Below are positions 54,807 to 63,691 of a DNA stretch of 64,000 nt, piece by piece. Source of the DNA: Pseudomonadota bacterium (lineage in GTDB: Bacteria; Pseudomonadota; Gammaproteobacteria; Steroidobacterales; Woeseiaceae); the NCBI GenBank assembly GCA_027621915.1, contig JAQCAD010000013.1, positions 4,387-68,386 of the forward strand. Reading direction: 5' to 3'. How positions within the stretch are numbered: position 1 is the stretch's first letter; every line of letters begins with the position of its first letter. The position numbers and the translations under genes were made by a program. The notes beneath the pieces were generated by a model, which had not been told where the DNA came from, did not search any database, and was given only the letters and a program-made list of their open reading frames with translations.

Positions 54807-55733
54807 CTAGTCCTGATCCGGATTTGGCGTGGCGAAAAAATCGCTGGCGCTTTTGCCATCGCCGGTTACTTTTTCCTCGACCCGCGTAATCTTGGCGAGT
54901 ACACCGAATCTTGGGTGGTCGTAATACCGAAGCTCGCCGTTTCTCACAATTCGGTCTTCCTGTATTCGATAGAAAATTGACGGGGTGATGAATTCGGAAT
55001 CGAACCCGAAACGGGCGCTATTATCACCGAATCTGTGCAGCCTGTTCTCCGATGGCAACGCGCGCACTGGCGCTTTCTCTTCCAGCGCCAGGTCAATGAC
55101 CAGATGCAGGAAACGGCTGAGATAAAGCGTCACGGTGCCGTCGAGGCGAAGCGGAGGATTGCCAAGCCGCCGCAGCGCGATAGGAAATGATACTTCTTTC
55201 TCAAGCGTGGGCTGGGTCCACGCGGCGCGCATCAATGGACGATAGACATCCAGGTTCTTCAGGCGCTCATACTCGTCGTTAAGAACATAGTCTTCGGGTC
55301 CAAGCAGCCTGAGCCCTGCCTGTTCAAAAGTCGAAACCAATTCCAGCTCTATGGCTTCCTCCGCGACGTCCGGCAATTCGTCGCCGGAGGTAACTTCAGG
55401 TAGGCGATCCGAAAATTGTGTCGGATCGCCTGCGTTCGAGTCGGTCCCGGGGAGAAGATCGAGCGAGCCGTCACCGAAGACAGCGTTTTCTTCGGCAGGC
55501 TCGGGCGGCGGGTCGGGATCAAATATTTCCGTATCTGCTTGCGCGCGATTCGTGTACTCGAAAATAATAAGCTCTACCGAGTAATGGCGTACATTTTCCG
55601 CCTCTGCCTCCAGTTCCGACGCCCCGGGTACTACTGATTGCTGGGCGACCGCAGCAACGGTCAACAGCATCAGAGCAGCCGTGCCTGTCAGGCGCCGAGC
55701 AATTTCGTATGTTGTCGATGATTTCGGTGTCAT
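54807..55733 (-). CDS. CsiV-family (DUF2803) periplasmic protein
   Basis: Signal peptide, HYSVELIIFEY near the N-terminus and YYDHPRFGVLAKITRVE near the C-terminus. ATGA overlap with the mfd stop. csiV lies next to mfd in Vibrio and Pseudomonas as I recall. Confidence 0.6.
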   Translation of the reverse strand: MTPKSSTTYEIARRLTGTAALMLLTVAAVAQQSVVPGASELEAEAENVRHYSVELIIFEYTNRAQADTEIFDPDPPPEPAEENAVFGDGSLDLLPGTDSNAGDPTQFSDRLPEVTSGDELPDVAEEAIELELVSTFEQAGLRLLGPEDYVLNDEYERLKNLDVYRPLMRAAWTQPTLEKEVSFPIALRRLGNPPLRLDGTVTLYLSRFLHLVIDLALEEKAPVRALPSENRLHRFGDNSARFGFDSEFITPSIFYRIQEDRIVRNGELRYYDHPRFGVLAKITRVEEKVTGDGKSASDFFATPNPDQD

Positions 55734-58700
55734 CTTGTCTCAATTGAGGACCGGATGGTGCTGCCAACAGTTTCGACAGCGTCAGGAGCCAGAATATCCA
55801 GTAATTTTTCAATCTGTCGAAACCTGATCTCCGGTTTAGACATATCCAGCCGGAACTGTAGTCGATGTGCGCCGCTTAATCGATAGACGTCTCTCTCGTT
55901 CTGAACCAGCTTTACCAGCGCGAGCGGATCTGTTCGCGTCTGTTCGGCGAACCTCAGGTAGCCAACTTTGTCCGACGCATCGATTTTATCGACGCCAAGC
56001 TTGATCGCATCGAGCTTTATTGCTGCTATGCGCATGAGATTCGTGGCGGCAACCGGCAACAGGCCGAATCGATCGATCAGCTCGACCTGCAGGTCGCGTA
56101 GCTCGGTCCGGTCCAGGGCGCTCGAAATTCGTTTGTAAAGCATCAGGCGCAGGTGAACGTCGGGCACGTAGTCTTCGGGCAGTAGTGCCGGGATATGGAG
56201 ATTGATTTCTACGCCAGCATTCAACGGCTTGTCCAGATCCGCCACTTTGCCGTTCTTCAGCGCTTCAACGGCTCGCCCGAGCAGTTCGGTGTAAAGGGAA
56301 AATCCTATCTCCTGAATTTGGCCGCTCTGTGTCTCGCCAAGTAGCTCGCCGGCGCCGCGAATCTCCAGGTCATGCGTCGCCAGGATGAATCCGGAACCTA
56401 AATCTTCAAGAGAATCAATAGCTTCCAGTCGTTTCGCGGCATCTGCCGTCAAGCTCGCCTTTGGTGGGGCAACAAGGTATGCATACGCGCGGTGATGTGA
56501 TCGACCCACGCGGCCACGCAGTTGGTGCAATTGGGCGAGCCCAAAGCGATCGGCACGATTAATGATGATCGTGTTGGCTGTCGGCACATCAAGACCGGAC
56601 TCAACAATGGTAGTGCAAAGCAGTACGTTGAAGCGCCGGTGATAGAAATCCAGCATGACCTGCTCAAGCTGCCGCTCAGGCATTTGCCCGTGCCCAATAC
56701 GGATTTCCGCTTCGGGAATCAGCGCCTTGAGCCGTTCCGCGATTTGAGCGATATCCTGGACCCGGTTGTGAATAAAGTAGACCTGTCCTCCGCGCTTGAT
56801 TTCCCGAAGGCAGGCTTCACGAATGACCACATCGTTCCACTCACTGACGAAAGTCCGAACCGACAACCGCTCTGCCGGCGGCGTAGTGATCAGCGACATT
56901 TCCCGCAGTCCACCCAACGACATGTTCAGCGTTCTCGGAATCGGTGTCGCGGTTAATGTCAGTACGTCGATCTCGCTGCGCAGGGATTTGATCGCCTCTT
57001 TATGCCGTACGCCGAAGCGGTGTTCCTCATCGATGATGACCAGCCCAACATCCTTGAAATCCTTTGTGTGCTGCAGGAGTCGATGGGTACCGATGACCAC
57101 ATCAACCACTCCTGACTTTAGCCCGGAAACGATCTCCTTCGCCTGCTTCGGTGAACAAAATCGTGACAGGACCTCGATGCGTACCGGCCAGTCCGCGAAT
57201 CGGTCGCGAAAGGTCTGACCGTGTTGTTGCGCGAGCAAGGTGGTTGGAACCAGAATCGCTACCTGTTTACCGCCATGAACTGCTGCGAACGTTGCCCGTA
57301 GCGCGACTTCCGTCTTGCCAAAACCGACATCGCCGCATACCACACGGTCCATCGGCTTGTCGGAAGCCAGATCGGCAAGCACCTCTTCGATTGTTCGTTC
57401 CTGATCTTCGGTTGGTTCAAACGGAAAGCCGTTTTCGAATGCACGGTAGTCGGCTTCCGGCCAGTGAAAGCTGTGTCCCGATCGTGCCGCGCGGCGCGCG
57501 TAAACATCAAGAATTTCGGCTGCGACGTCGCGGATCCGTTTGATCGCGCGTTTTTTCGCTTTGGCCCACTGATCGCTCCCGAGCCTGTGCAGCGGTGCGT
57601 TTTCCGGCGAGGCACCTGTATAGCGGGAAATCAGGTCGAGCGCATTGACCGGCACGTAAAGCTTGTCACCGTCCGCATACTCGAGATGCAGGAATTCTCC
57701 GGTAATGCCACCGGTCTCGAGGGTTATCAGGCCGAGGTAGCGACCAACGCCATATTCCGCATGCACGACCGGCGATCCGTGCTGGAGATCATTGAGCTGC
57801 CTGATAATCGATTCGGGATCGCGTTCCGAGCGTCGGCGCCGGTTTTTTTGTCGCGGTTTTTCGCCGAACAGCTGATGCTCGCTGACAATTGCAATCCCCT
57901 GCTCGGGGAGCAGGATGCCATCCTCGATTGGGGCGATGGCAACGCCTGTTCGCTGATCGCCGTACAAAAACGCAGCCCAACTCTCAACCCGTGAGGCCTC
58001 CAGGCCTCGCCCCGCAAGTACCTGGAGGACGCTTTCCCGGCGACCTGGTGAGTCGGCTGTGAACAACACCCTGCCGTTGAACGTCGCCATGAATTGCATC
58101 ATTGCTTGCGCTGCATCCTCATAGCGGGCCTCGATACGTATCGCCGGCGGCAATCGGGTGGACAGATTTACGGTCGTATCATTCTCAACCAGCGACTGAG
58201 CGGTGTATGCGATGTATCCGAATGAGTGCAATTTTTGAACAATCGTTGCGGCATCGCTGAAACTTTCCTGCGGATCGAGAATCGGGCGTTCGGGATCAAG
58301 GCTACACAGTTCGTGTCGGTCCTGAACTTCCTGCCATGACTGATCAAGAATCTGGTTGAGATCGATCGGTGCAAAGATTGCGGTGCTTTTCGGGAGATAG
58401 TCAGAAAAACTCGCAGTCGTTTCAAAAAACAGCGAGAGATAATATTCGATCCCGCCGTGGGCGATGCCTTCTGATACGTCCCGGTATACACGGGATTTCG
58501 AGGGCTGGCCTTCAAATCGCGCCCGGTAGCGCTCGCGAAAATGACGAATATCTTTGTCGTCAAGCGGAATTTCACGAGCCGGCAAAATACGGATCGAGTC
58601 GACGATTTCCCCCGAAATTTGTGTATCGGCATTGAAATAGCGGAGGCTTTCCAGGTCATTGTCAAAAAAATCAATTCGAAGTGGCTGATCAGAGCCCATT

Positions 58701-59242
58701 GGAAAGACATCCAGCAGTGATCCGCGTACCGCAAATTGACCGTGTTCATCGACCTGGGGCACGCGCAGATAGCCGCATGCGCCGAGCGAGTCTATAAAAA
58801 CCTGCCTGTCGAGCGTCTGTCCCTGCTTGAGCTCAAGCGTCCTTGCGGCAACGTAGTCAACGGGAGGCAGTCTTTGCAAAAGTGACGGGCCCGATACGAT
58901 TACAATGCCACGTCGGAAATTTTCGAGAGACGCGAGTACCGTCAGCCGCTGTGAAACGATGTCCTGATGCGGTGAAAAGCTGTCATAGGGCAGAGTTTCC
59001 CACTCGACGAAATGCTGTACCGGGAATTCTGCGCCGGCAAACCAGCGAATCTCTGCTTCGAGCTGATCGGCGTGGCGCGGGTTACTCGCGATCATCAGGA
59101 GCGGGCCGTTGTGCGCCGTGGCCAGTTCGACAGCCGACAGGGACGCGCTCGCGCCAACCAGCCGGCCGATTGAGGCGTCAGCTGGTTTCGATTTCAGTAT
59201 GCGATCAATGATCGCTGGATTGAGTAGAGCTTGCGGCAGCAC
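55730..59242 (-). CDS. mfd: Transcription-repair coupling factor Mfd
   Basis: 1170 aa. UvrB-homology N-terminus, RNAP-interaction domain (VVHAEYGVGRY), helicase motifs GDVGFGKTEVA and DEEHRFG, TRG motif. GTG start. Confidence 0.97.
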   Translation of the reverse strand: MLPQALLNPAIIDRILKSKPADASIGRLVGASASLSAVELATAHNGPLLMIASNPRHADQLEAEIRWFAGAEFPVQHFVEWETLPYDSFSPHQDIVSQRLTVLASLENFRRGIVIVSGPSLLQRLPPVDYVAARTLELKQGQTLDRQVFIDSLGACGYLRVPQVDEHGQFAVRGSLLDVFPMGSDQPLRIDFFDNDLESLRYFNADTQISGEIVDSIRILPAREIPLDDKDIRHFRERYRARFEGQPSKSRVYRDVSEGIAHGGIEYYLSLFFETTASFSDYLPKSTAIFAPIDLNQILDQSWQEVQDRHELCSLDPERPILDPQESFSDAATIVQKLHSFGYIAYTAQSLVENDTTVNLSTRLPPAIRIEARYEDAAQAMMQFMATFNGRVLFTADSPGRRESVLQVLAGRGLEASRVESWAAFLYGDQRTGVAIAPIEDGILLPEQGIAIVSEHQLFGEKPRQKNRRRRSERDPESIIRQLNDLQHGSPVVHAEYGVGRYLGLITLETGGITGEFLHLEYADGDKLYVPVNALDLISRYTGASPENAPLHRLGSDQWAKAKKRAIKRIRDVAAEILDVYARRAARSGHSFHWPEADYRAFENGFPFEPTEDQERTIEEVLADLASDKPMDRVVCGDVGFGKTEVALRATFAAVHGGKQVAILVPTTLLAQQHGQTFRDRFADWPVRIEVLSRFCSPKQAKEIVSGLKSGVVDVVIGTHRLLQHTKDFKDVGLVIIDEEHRFGVRHKEAIKSLRSEIDVLTLTATPIPRTLNMSLGGLREMSLITTPPAERLSVRTFVSEWNDVVIREACLREIKRGGQVYFIHNRVQDIAQIAERLKALIPEAEIRIGHGQMPERQLEQVMLDFYHRRFNVLLCTTIVESGLDVPTANTIIINRADRFGLAQLHQLRGRVGRSHHRAYAYLVAPPKASLTADAAKRLEAIDSLEDLGSGFILATHDLEIRGAGELLGETQSGQIQEIGFSLYTELLGRAVEALKNGKVADLDKPLNAGVEINLHIPALLPEDYVPDVHLRLMLYKRISSALDRTELRDLQVELIDRFGLLPVAATNLMRIAAIKLDAIKLGVDKIDASDKVGYLRFAEQTRTDPLALVKLVQNERDVYRLSGAHRLQFRLDMSKPEIRFRQIEKLLDILAPDAVETVGSTIRSSIETR

Positions 59243-59315
59243 AGTAAATTCGAAGGTCGGGCCGATATTGCGGGCCGGGGATTATGGCACAGACGGAATA
59301 ATCCCATGCGAAACG

Positions 59316-59342
59316 AAAAACGCGCAGCCAGGCTGCGCGTTT
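59316..59342 (-). terminator. Rho-independent terminator of the 94-aa secreted-protein gene
   Basis: The minus strand reads AAACGCGCAG-CCTGG-CTGCGCGTTT followed by TTCGTTTCG. GC-rich 10-bp stem, 23 nt after the stop at 59365. Confidence 0.6.
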
Positions 59343-59364
59343 AATCAGGATTGAAGTGGACTGA

Positions 59365-59649
59365 TCAGCGCTTGGTTACTGCGTGTATTACCTTGTCAAA
59401 CTCAAAGAAAACCACGAAGTCAGCATATTCCCAACGTGTAATCGGTGGATCGCCTACGGCCGCGCGCGAATTTTGCGGGCTGCCGAAATTAGCCTCGACG
59501 CTTGCCTGGGTCATGCCCCTGGTAGGCTTGCCGGCCTGATCAAAGCTGGATGATCGGTCACTGGCACTCATGTCCAGGTTCTGCGACTCTGCATTCGCTG
59601 CCAAACCAAGTGAAAGAGCGATAAGGATTGTTGCGCCAAGCTTTGCCAT
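59365..59649 (-). CDS. Small secreted protein of unknown function
   Basis: 94 aa. Signal peptide MAKLGATILIALSLGLAANA. GGAGAAG RBS 5 nt upstream of the ATG. Has its own terminator. Confidence 0.65.
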   Translation of the reverse strand: MAKLGATILIALSLGLAANAESQNLDMSASDRSSSFDQAGKPTRGMTQASVEANFGSPQNSRAAVGDPPITRWEYADFVVFFEFDKVIHAVTKR

Positions 59650-59821
59650 TTTAGCTTCTCCGGGTAGCTTCCCTGGCGACTATAACATCGCACTCAGGGC
59701 CAAAAAACAGGTGATCTGACTGGATTCTCACACTTTCAGTAGCGGCATCACGCAGACCTGGTTCTCACAATTGCCGCGATACTCGGCGTCAGCACACCGT
59801 AGCTGACGGACCGGTTATCTG

Positions 59822-59841
59822 AATGTGATTCCAATCACATT
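59822..59841. promoter_or_regulatory. CRP/Vfr/Clp-type binding site (perfect palindrome AATGTGATT-CC-AATCACATT)
   Basis: TGTGA-N6-TCACA core with symmetric flanks, 20/20 bp self-complementary. Lies 57-66 bp upstream of the lolC start candidates. Confidence 0.5.
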
Positions 59842-59906
59842 TTACGTCCTCCCTCGAAACCGGCGTGAGCAAGGCGGGCGGCCGTTTCTGTGGTTTAATG
59901 CGCCGC

Positions 59907-61151
59907 ATGATCAACGCAGTCGAACTGTTTATCGGATTCCGGTATTTGCGCGCCAAAAGAAGGACGCGGTTCGTCTCTTTTATCACACTGATTTCGCTTC
60001 TTGGTATCGCGGTCGGGGTGGCAGCCCTGATCGTTATTCTCTCGGTGATGAACGGTTTTGAAGGGGAATTGCGGGTGCGGCTGTTGAGCATGACCGCCCA
60101 CGGCTACGTCACCGGTGAGCGCGGAACGCTGGAAGACTGGGGCGAAATACAGCAACGCATAATCGAGGAGCCCGGCGTCACTGCGGTCGCACCCGTGATA
60201 GAAATGGAGGGAATGATTCGAACAGGTCGGTCATTGAACGGAGTCCTGGTACACGGAGTTCTTCCCCAGGCAGAAAAGTTGGTGTCCGGCCGTACCGTAA
60301 ACTTTGTCGAAGGTGGCCTGGATGAGCTGTCGCCAACCGGAAAAAGTATCGTTCTTGGACGCTTCCTGGCGATTGATCTTGGCGTTCGGATCGGAGACGG
60401 CGTAGTTCTTTTAATTCCCCGCCCGGCAGGCGACGGCATGCTTGAACCCAAACTTGAACGATTCATTGTGCGCGGTGTTTTCGACGCTGGCGTTCAGGAT
60501 CATGATGGTTCCCTCGCGCTTGTTCATATCGAAGATGCGGCCCGGCTGATGTCCCTCGACAAAAGCGTTAGTTCGTTGAGATTCCTGACCGACAATGTGA
60601 TGTCGGCGCCAGCAATATCGAGCTCGCTGCAAGCCAAGCTGGGTGATGGATACAGGTCCAGTGACTGGACGGTAGAGAACGAAAGTTATTTTCGAGCCAT
60701 TCGCATAGAAAAGATGATGATGTCCGTGTTGCTGTCGCTGATCATCGGCGTCGCTGCGTTCAACATTGTCGCGAGTCTTGTCATGGTGGTTACAGACAAG
60801 GCTTCAGATATCGCGGTTCTTCGCACATTGGGCATGGGACCCGCAAATGTTGTCCGGGTTTTTTTCATTCAAGGTGCAGTGATCGGTTGGGTGGGAGTCC
60901 TGCTTGGCGTGGGACTTGGCGTGTTGCTCGCACTGACCGTGCCGGTCGTCGTTCCATTTCTGGAAAATGCGTTCGGCTTTCAGATAATGCCTGGCGATGT
61001 TTATTACGTAACGGCGATCCCGTCGATTCTGGAACTCGAAGACGTTGTTACGATTTCGCTGGCAGCGCTTGTCCTGACGTCATTGGCGACACTGTATCCG
61101 GCAAGACGAGCAGCCCTTGTCGATCCAGCCATCGCGCTCAGGTATGAGTAG
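59907..61151 (+). CDS. lolC: Lipoprotein-releasing ABC transporter permease (LolC-type)
   Basis: ELFIGFRYLRAKRR N-terminus, MacB-like periplasmic domain, FtsX C-terminal TM bundle ending PAIALRYE. An alternative ATG lies at 59898. Confidence 0.88.
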   Translation: MINAVELFIGFRYLRAKRRTRFVSFITLISLLGIAVGVAALIVILSVMNGFEGELRVRLLSMTAHGYVTGERGTLEDWGEIQQRIIEEPGVTAVAPVIEMEGMIRTGRSLNGVLVHGVLPQAEKLVSGRTVNFVEGGLDELSPTGKSIVLGRFLAIDLGVRIGDGVVLLIPRPAGDGMLEPKLERFIVRGVFDAGVQDHDGSLALVHIEDAARLMSLDKSVSSLRFLTDNVMSAPAISSSLQAKLGDGYRSSDWTVENESYFRAIRIEKMMMSVLLSLIIGVAAFNIVASLVMVVTDKASDIAVLRTLGMGPANVVRVFFIQGAVIGWVGVLLGVGLGVLLALTVPVVVPFLENAFGFQIMPGDVYYVTAIPSILELEDVVTISLAALVLTSLATLYPARRAALVDPAIALRYE

Positions 61152-61154
61152 CCT

Positions 61155-62402
61155 GTGAACGGCAGATACGAACACTGGATTGGTCGCCGTTACGTTCGGT
61201 CGCGTAGCAGCAACGGTTTCATATCGCTGATCTCCGCCATCTCAATGCTGGGTATTGCAATTGCGGTAGCTGTATTGATTGTTGTCTTATCTGTTGTGAA
61301 CGGTTTCGAGCGTGAACTTAAGGATCGGCTTCTCGCAGTCTACGGCCATGCCAGCATCGAGAGTCCACTGGACGGCCTCACCGACTGGGAGGCATGGGCC
61401 GAAATCGCCGAGTCACAGCCAGACGTAGGTGCGGCAGCGCCATTCGTAAACGGACAGGGGTTGCTGGTGTCCGGGGATCGATTGAGTGGCGCAGAATTTC
61501 GTGGAATCGATCCGGCACTTGAAGCCCGCGTATCCGGTATCGGCGACACAGTCATCGAAGGGGATATCGCCACGCTTGAAGCGGGTCGATTCAATATCGT
61601 TTTGGGGCAGCAGCTGGCCGACGAACTGCAAGCATCGATTGGCGATAAAGTGACGCTAACGCTGGCGGAGGGCATTGTGACACCGGCGGGCGTAGTGCCG
61701 CGGACTCGCCGCTTTACCGTGACCGGAATTTTCCGGGTAGGCATGTATGAATTTGATCGACGGCTGGCGTTCATGAATATTTCTGACGCGCAAAAATTGT
61801 TCCGCATGGCCGACAACGTTAGTGGTATCCGGTTGTCTGTCACTGACATCTTCGAAGCACCGCGTATCGTTTACAGAGTGGGCGTTGCAGGTGGTGGTGG
61901 TGTAATCCCGAGGGATTGGACGGGAAGACATGTTAATTTTTTTCGCTCGATCCAAATTACGAAATCTATTTTATTTGTTATCTTGCTGATGGTTGTAGCG
62001 GTAGCGGCATTTAATATCGTTTCCACACTGGTAATGGTGGTCAAAGACAAGCAATCTGATATCGCCATATTGCGAACCATCGGCGCAACGCCAGGAGAAG
62101 TATTGCGCATATTTATTACCCAGGGAACGATCATCGGTGTCCTGGGAACGCTTGCGGGCGCGATCGCTGGCGTTCTGGTGTCGTTAAATCTGGAGAGCAT
62201 TGTTCAATTCATGGAAACAACTTTTGGCATTAAATTTCTTGCAGCTGATGTCTACTTCATCAGCGATCTGCCGTCAGAACTCCGGATAAAAGACGTTGTA
62301 CAAATTTGTTCGATTGCGCTTGCACTCGCGATTTTGTCGACTTTGTATCCAGCCTGGCGCGGCGCTCGTACGTCCCCGGCGGAGGCGTTGCGGTATGAGT
62401 GA
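61155..62402 (+). CDS. lolE: Lipoprotein-releasing ABC transporter permease (LolE-type paralogue)
   Basis: Paralogue of the preceding gene (WIGRRYVRSRSSNGFISLIS ... PAEALRYE). GTG start 3 nt after the lolC stop. Confidence 0.88.
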   Translation: MNGRYEHWIGRRYVRSRSSNGFISLISAISMLGIAIAVAVLIVVLSVVNGFERELKDRLLAVYGHASIESPLDGLTDWEAWAEIAESQPDVGAAAPFVNGQGLLVSGDRLSGAEFRGIDPALEARVSGIGDTVIEGDIATLEAGRFNIVLGQQLADELQASIGDKVTLTLAEGIVTPAGVVPRTRRFTVTGIFRVGMYEFDRRLAFMNISDAQKLFRMADNVSGIRLSVTDIFEAPRIVYRVGVAGGGGVIPRDWTGRHVNFFRSIQITKSILFVILLMVVAVAAFNIVSTLVMVVKDKQSDIAILRTIGATPGEVLRIFITQGTIIGVLGTLAGAIAGVLVSLNLESIVQFMETTFGIKFLAADVYFISDLPSELRIKDVVQICSIALALAILSTLYPAWRGARTSPAEALRYE

Positions 62403-63093
62403 AGCGAGCAACACCGTTCTTGAGTGTCGTTCGGTCGTGCGCCGCTTTCGCGAGGGCGATTCGACTCTCGAAGTTCTGAGCGGCGTCGACCTGGTTGTCA
62501 GGCCTGCCGAGCGGCTGGCAATTATTGGTGCTTCAGGATCGGGCAAGACCACGTTGTTGCAGATCATGGGTGGACTCGATGAACCCAGTGACGGTGACGT
62601 CCTTGTCAATGGTCAGACGATGGCAAACATCGACGAAGCAGCCAGGGGCGCGCTTCGAAACAGGTTCATCGGGTTCGTTTATCAGTTTCACCACCTGCTC
62701 CCGGAGTTCACGGCGGTTGAAAACGTAGCGATGCCGTTGATGATTCGCCGCGTCACGAAAGCCGAGGCGTTGTCACAGGCGGCCGAATTGCTTGCACGCG
62801 TCGGGCTGGGAGAGAGACTGGATCACAAACCCGGCGAGCTGTCCGGCGGCGAGCGCCAGCGCGCTGCTGTGGCGAGGGCATTGATCACGCGTCCAAAGAT
62901 TGTTCTCGCCGATGAGCCGACTGGCAACCTGGACGCAGGCAACAGCGAACACGTGCTGGGTCTGATGCTTGAGCTCAATGAAGAATTAAAGACCAGCCTG
63001 ATCGTGGTAACTCATGATCATTCGATTGCCAGGCGCATGGATCGCGTGGTTGTCCTGGAAAATGGAAAACTCAGGAATTCAGCCGGCGACTAG
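62395..63093 (+). CDS. lolD: Lipoprotein-releasing system ATP-binding protein LolD
   Basis: Walker A GASGSGKTTLL, signature LSGGERQR, Walker B VLADEPTGNLD. ATG 62395 overlaps the lolE stop. Confidence 0.95.
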   Translation: MSEASNTVLECRSVVRRFREGDSTLEVLSGVDLVVRPAERLAIIGASGSGKTTLLQIMGGLDEPSDGDVLVNGQTMANIDEAARGALRNRFIGFVYQFHHLLPEFTAVENVAMPLMIRRVTKAEALSQAAELLARVGLGERLDHKPGELSGGERQRAAVARALITRPKIVLADEPTGNLDAGNSEHVLGLMLELNEELKTSLIVVTHDHSIARRMDRVVVLENGKLRNSAGD

Positions 63094-63608
63094 TTTTTCT
63101 TGCGAAGTCGTCGTCGGGCGATATAGTCCGATATAGATGCGCGCCAAAAGAGATCAAGTGCGATAAACCCGAGCAGTGAAATGATCGCGCCGAGCAGAAC
63201 GCTGCCTAGTATCAATGGCTGCCAGACGTAGGCAAATCGATCGAACAGCCAGTCGAACGACATCTCGAATTCAAAGGCGCGCGGTTCCTGTCGCAGTAAA
63301 TACTGTCCGACCGAAAATGCAAGGTAGTACATCGGACCCATGGTGAAAGGATTGCTCACCAGTGTTGACAGAGCGGCGACCGGAATATTCACCCTGAGCG
63401 CCACGGCCAGCAGCGCCGCCGTCAACATATGACCCGGGAATGGCATGTACCCGACGAATAGACCCAGCGCGAATGCTGGCACTACATTGCGACGGCGAAT
63501 TACCCACAAATTGGGGTCGTGCAACAGGTCGCCGAAAGGCGCCAGCCACCATTGACCTTTCAGGTGCTCGCGTTTCATGGCGAATTTGCGAAAAAATCGT
63601 CTTGGCAT
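63090..63608 (-). CDS. DUF2062 domain membrane protein
   Basis: MPRRFFRKF...LHDPNLW N-terminus and 3-4 TM segments, as in the DUF2062 gene that follows lolCDE in Pseudomonas-type genomes. Confidence 0.78.
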   Translation of the reverse strand: MPRRFFRKFAMKREHLKGQWWLAPFGDLLHDPNLWVIRRRNVVPAFALGLFVGYMPFPGHMLTAALLAVALRVNIPVAALSTLVSNPFTMGPMYYLAFSVGQYLLRQEPRAFEFEMSFDWLFDRFAYVWQPLILGSVLLGAIISLLGFIALDLFWRASISDYIARRRLRKKN

Positions 63609-63691
63609 CAGGTTCTGGGTTTGCTGTTATTGAGCGGACTGTCTCAGGGTCTTCTGCAGCATCATAACGACAAACCGCAAGGAAGCGGAAC

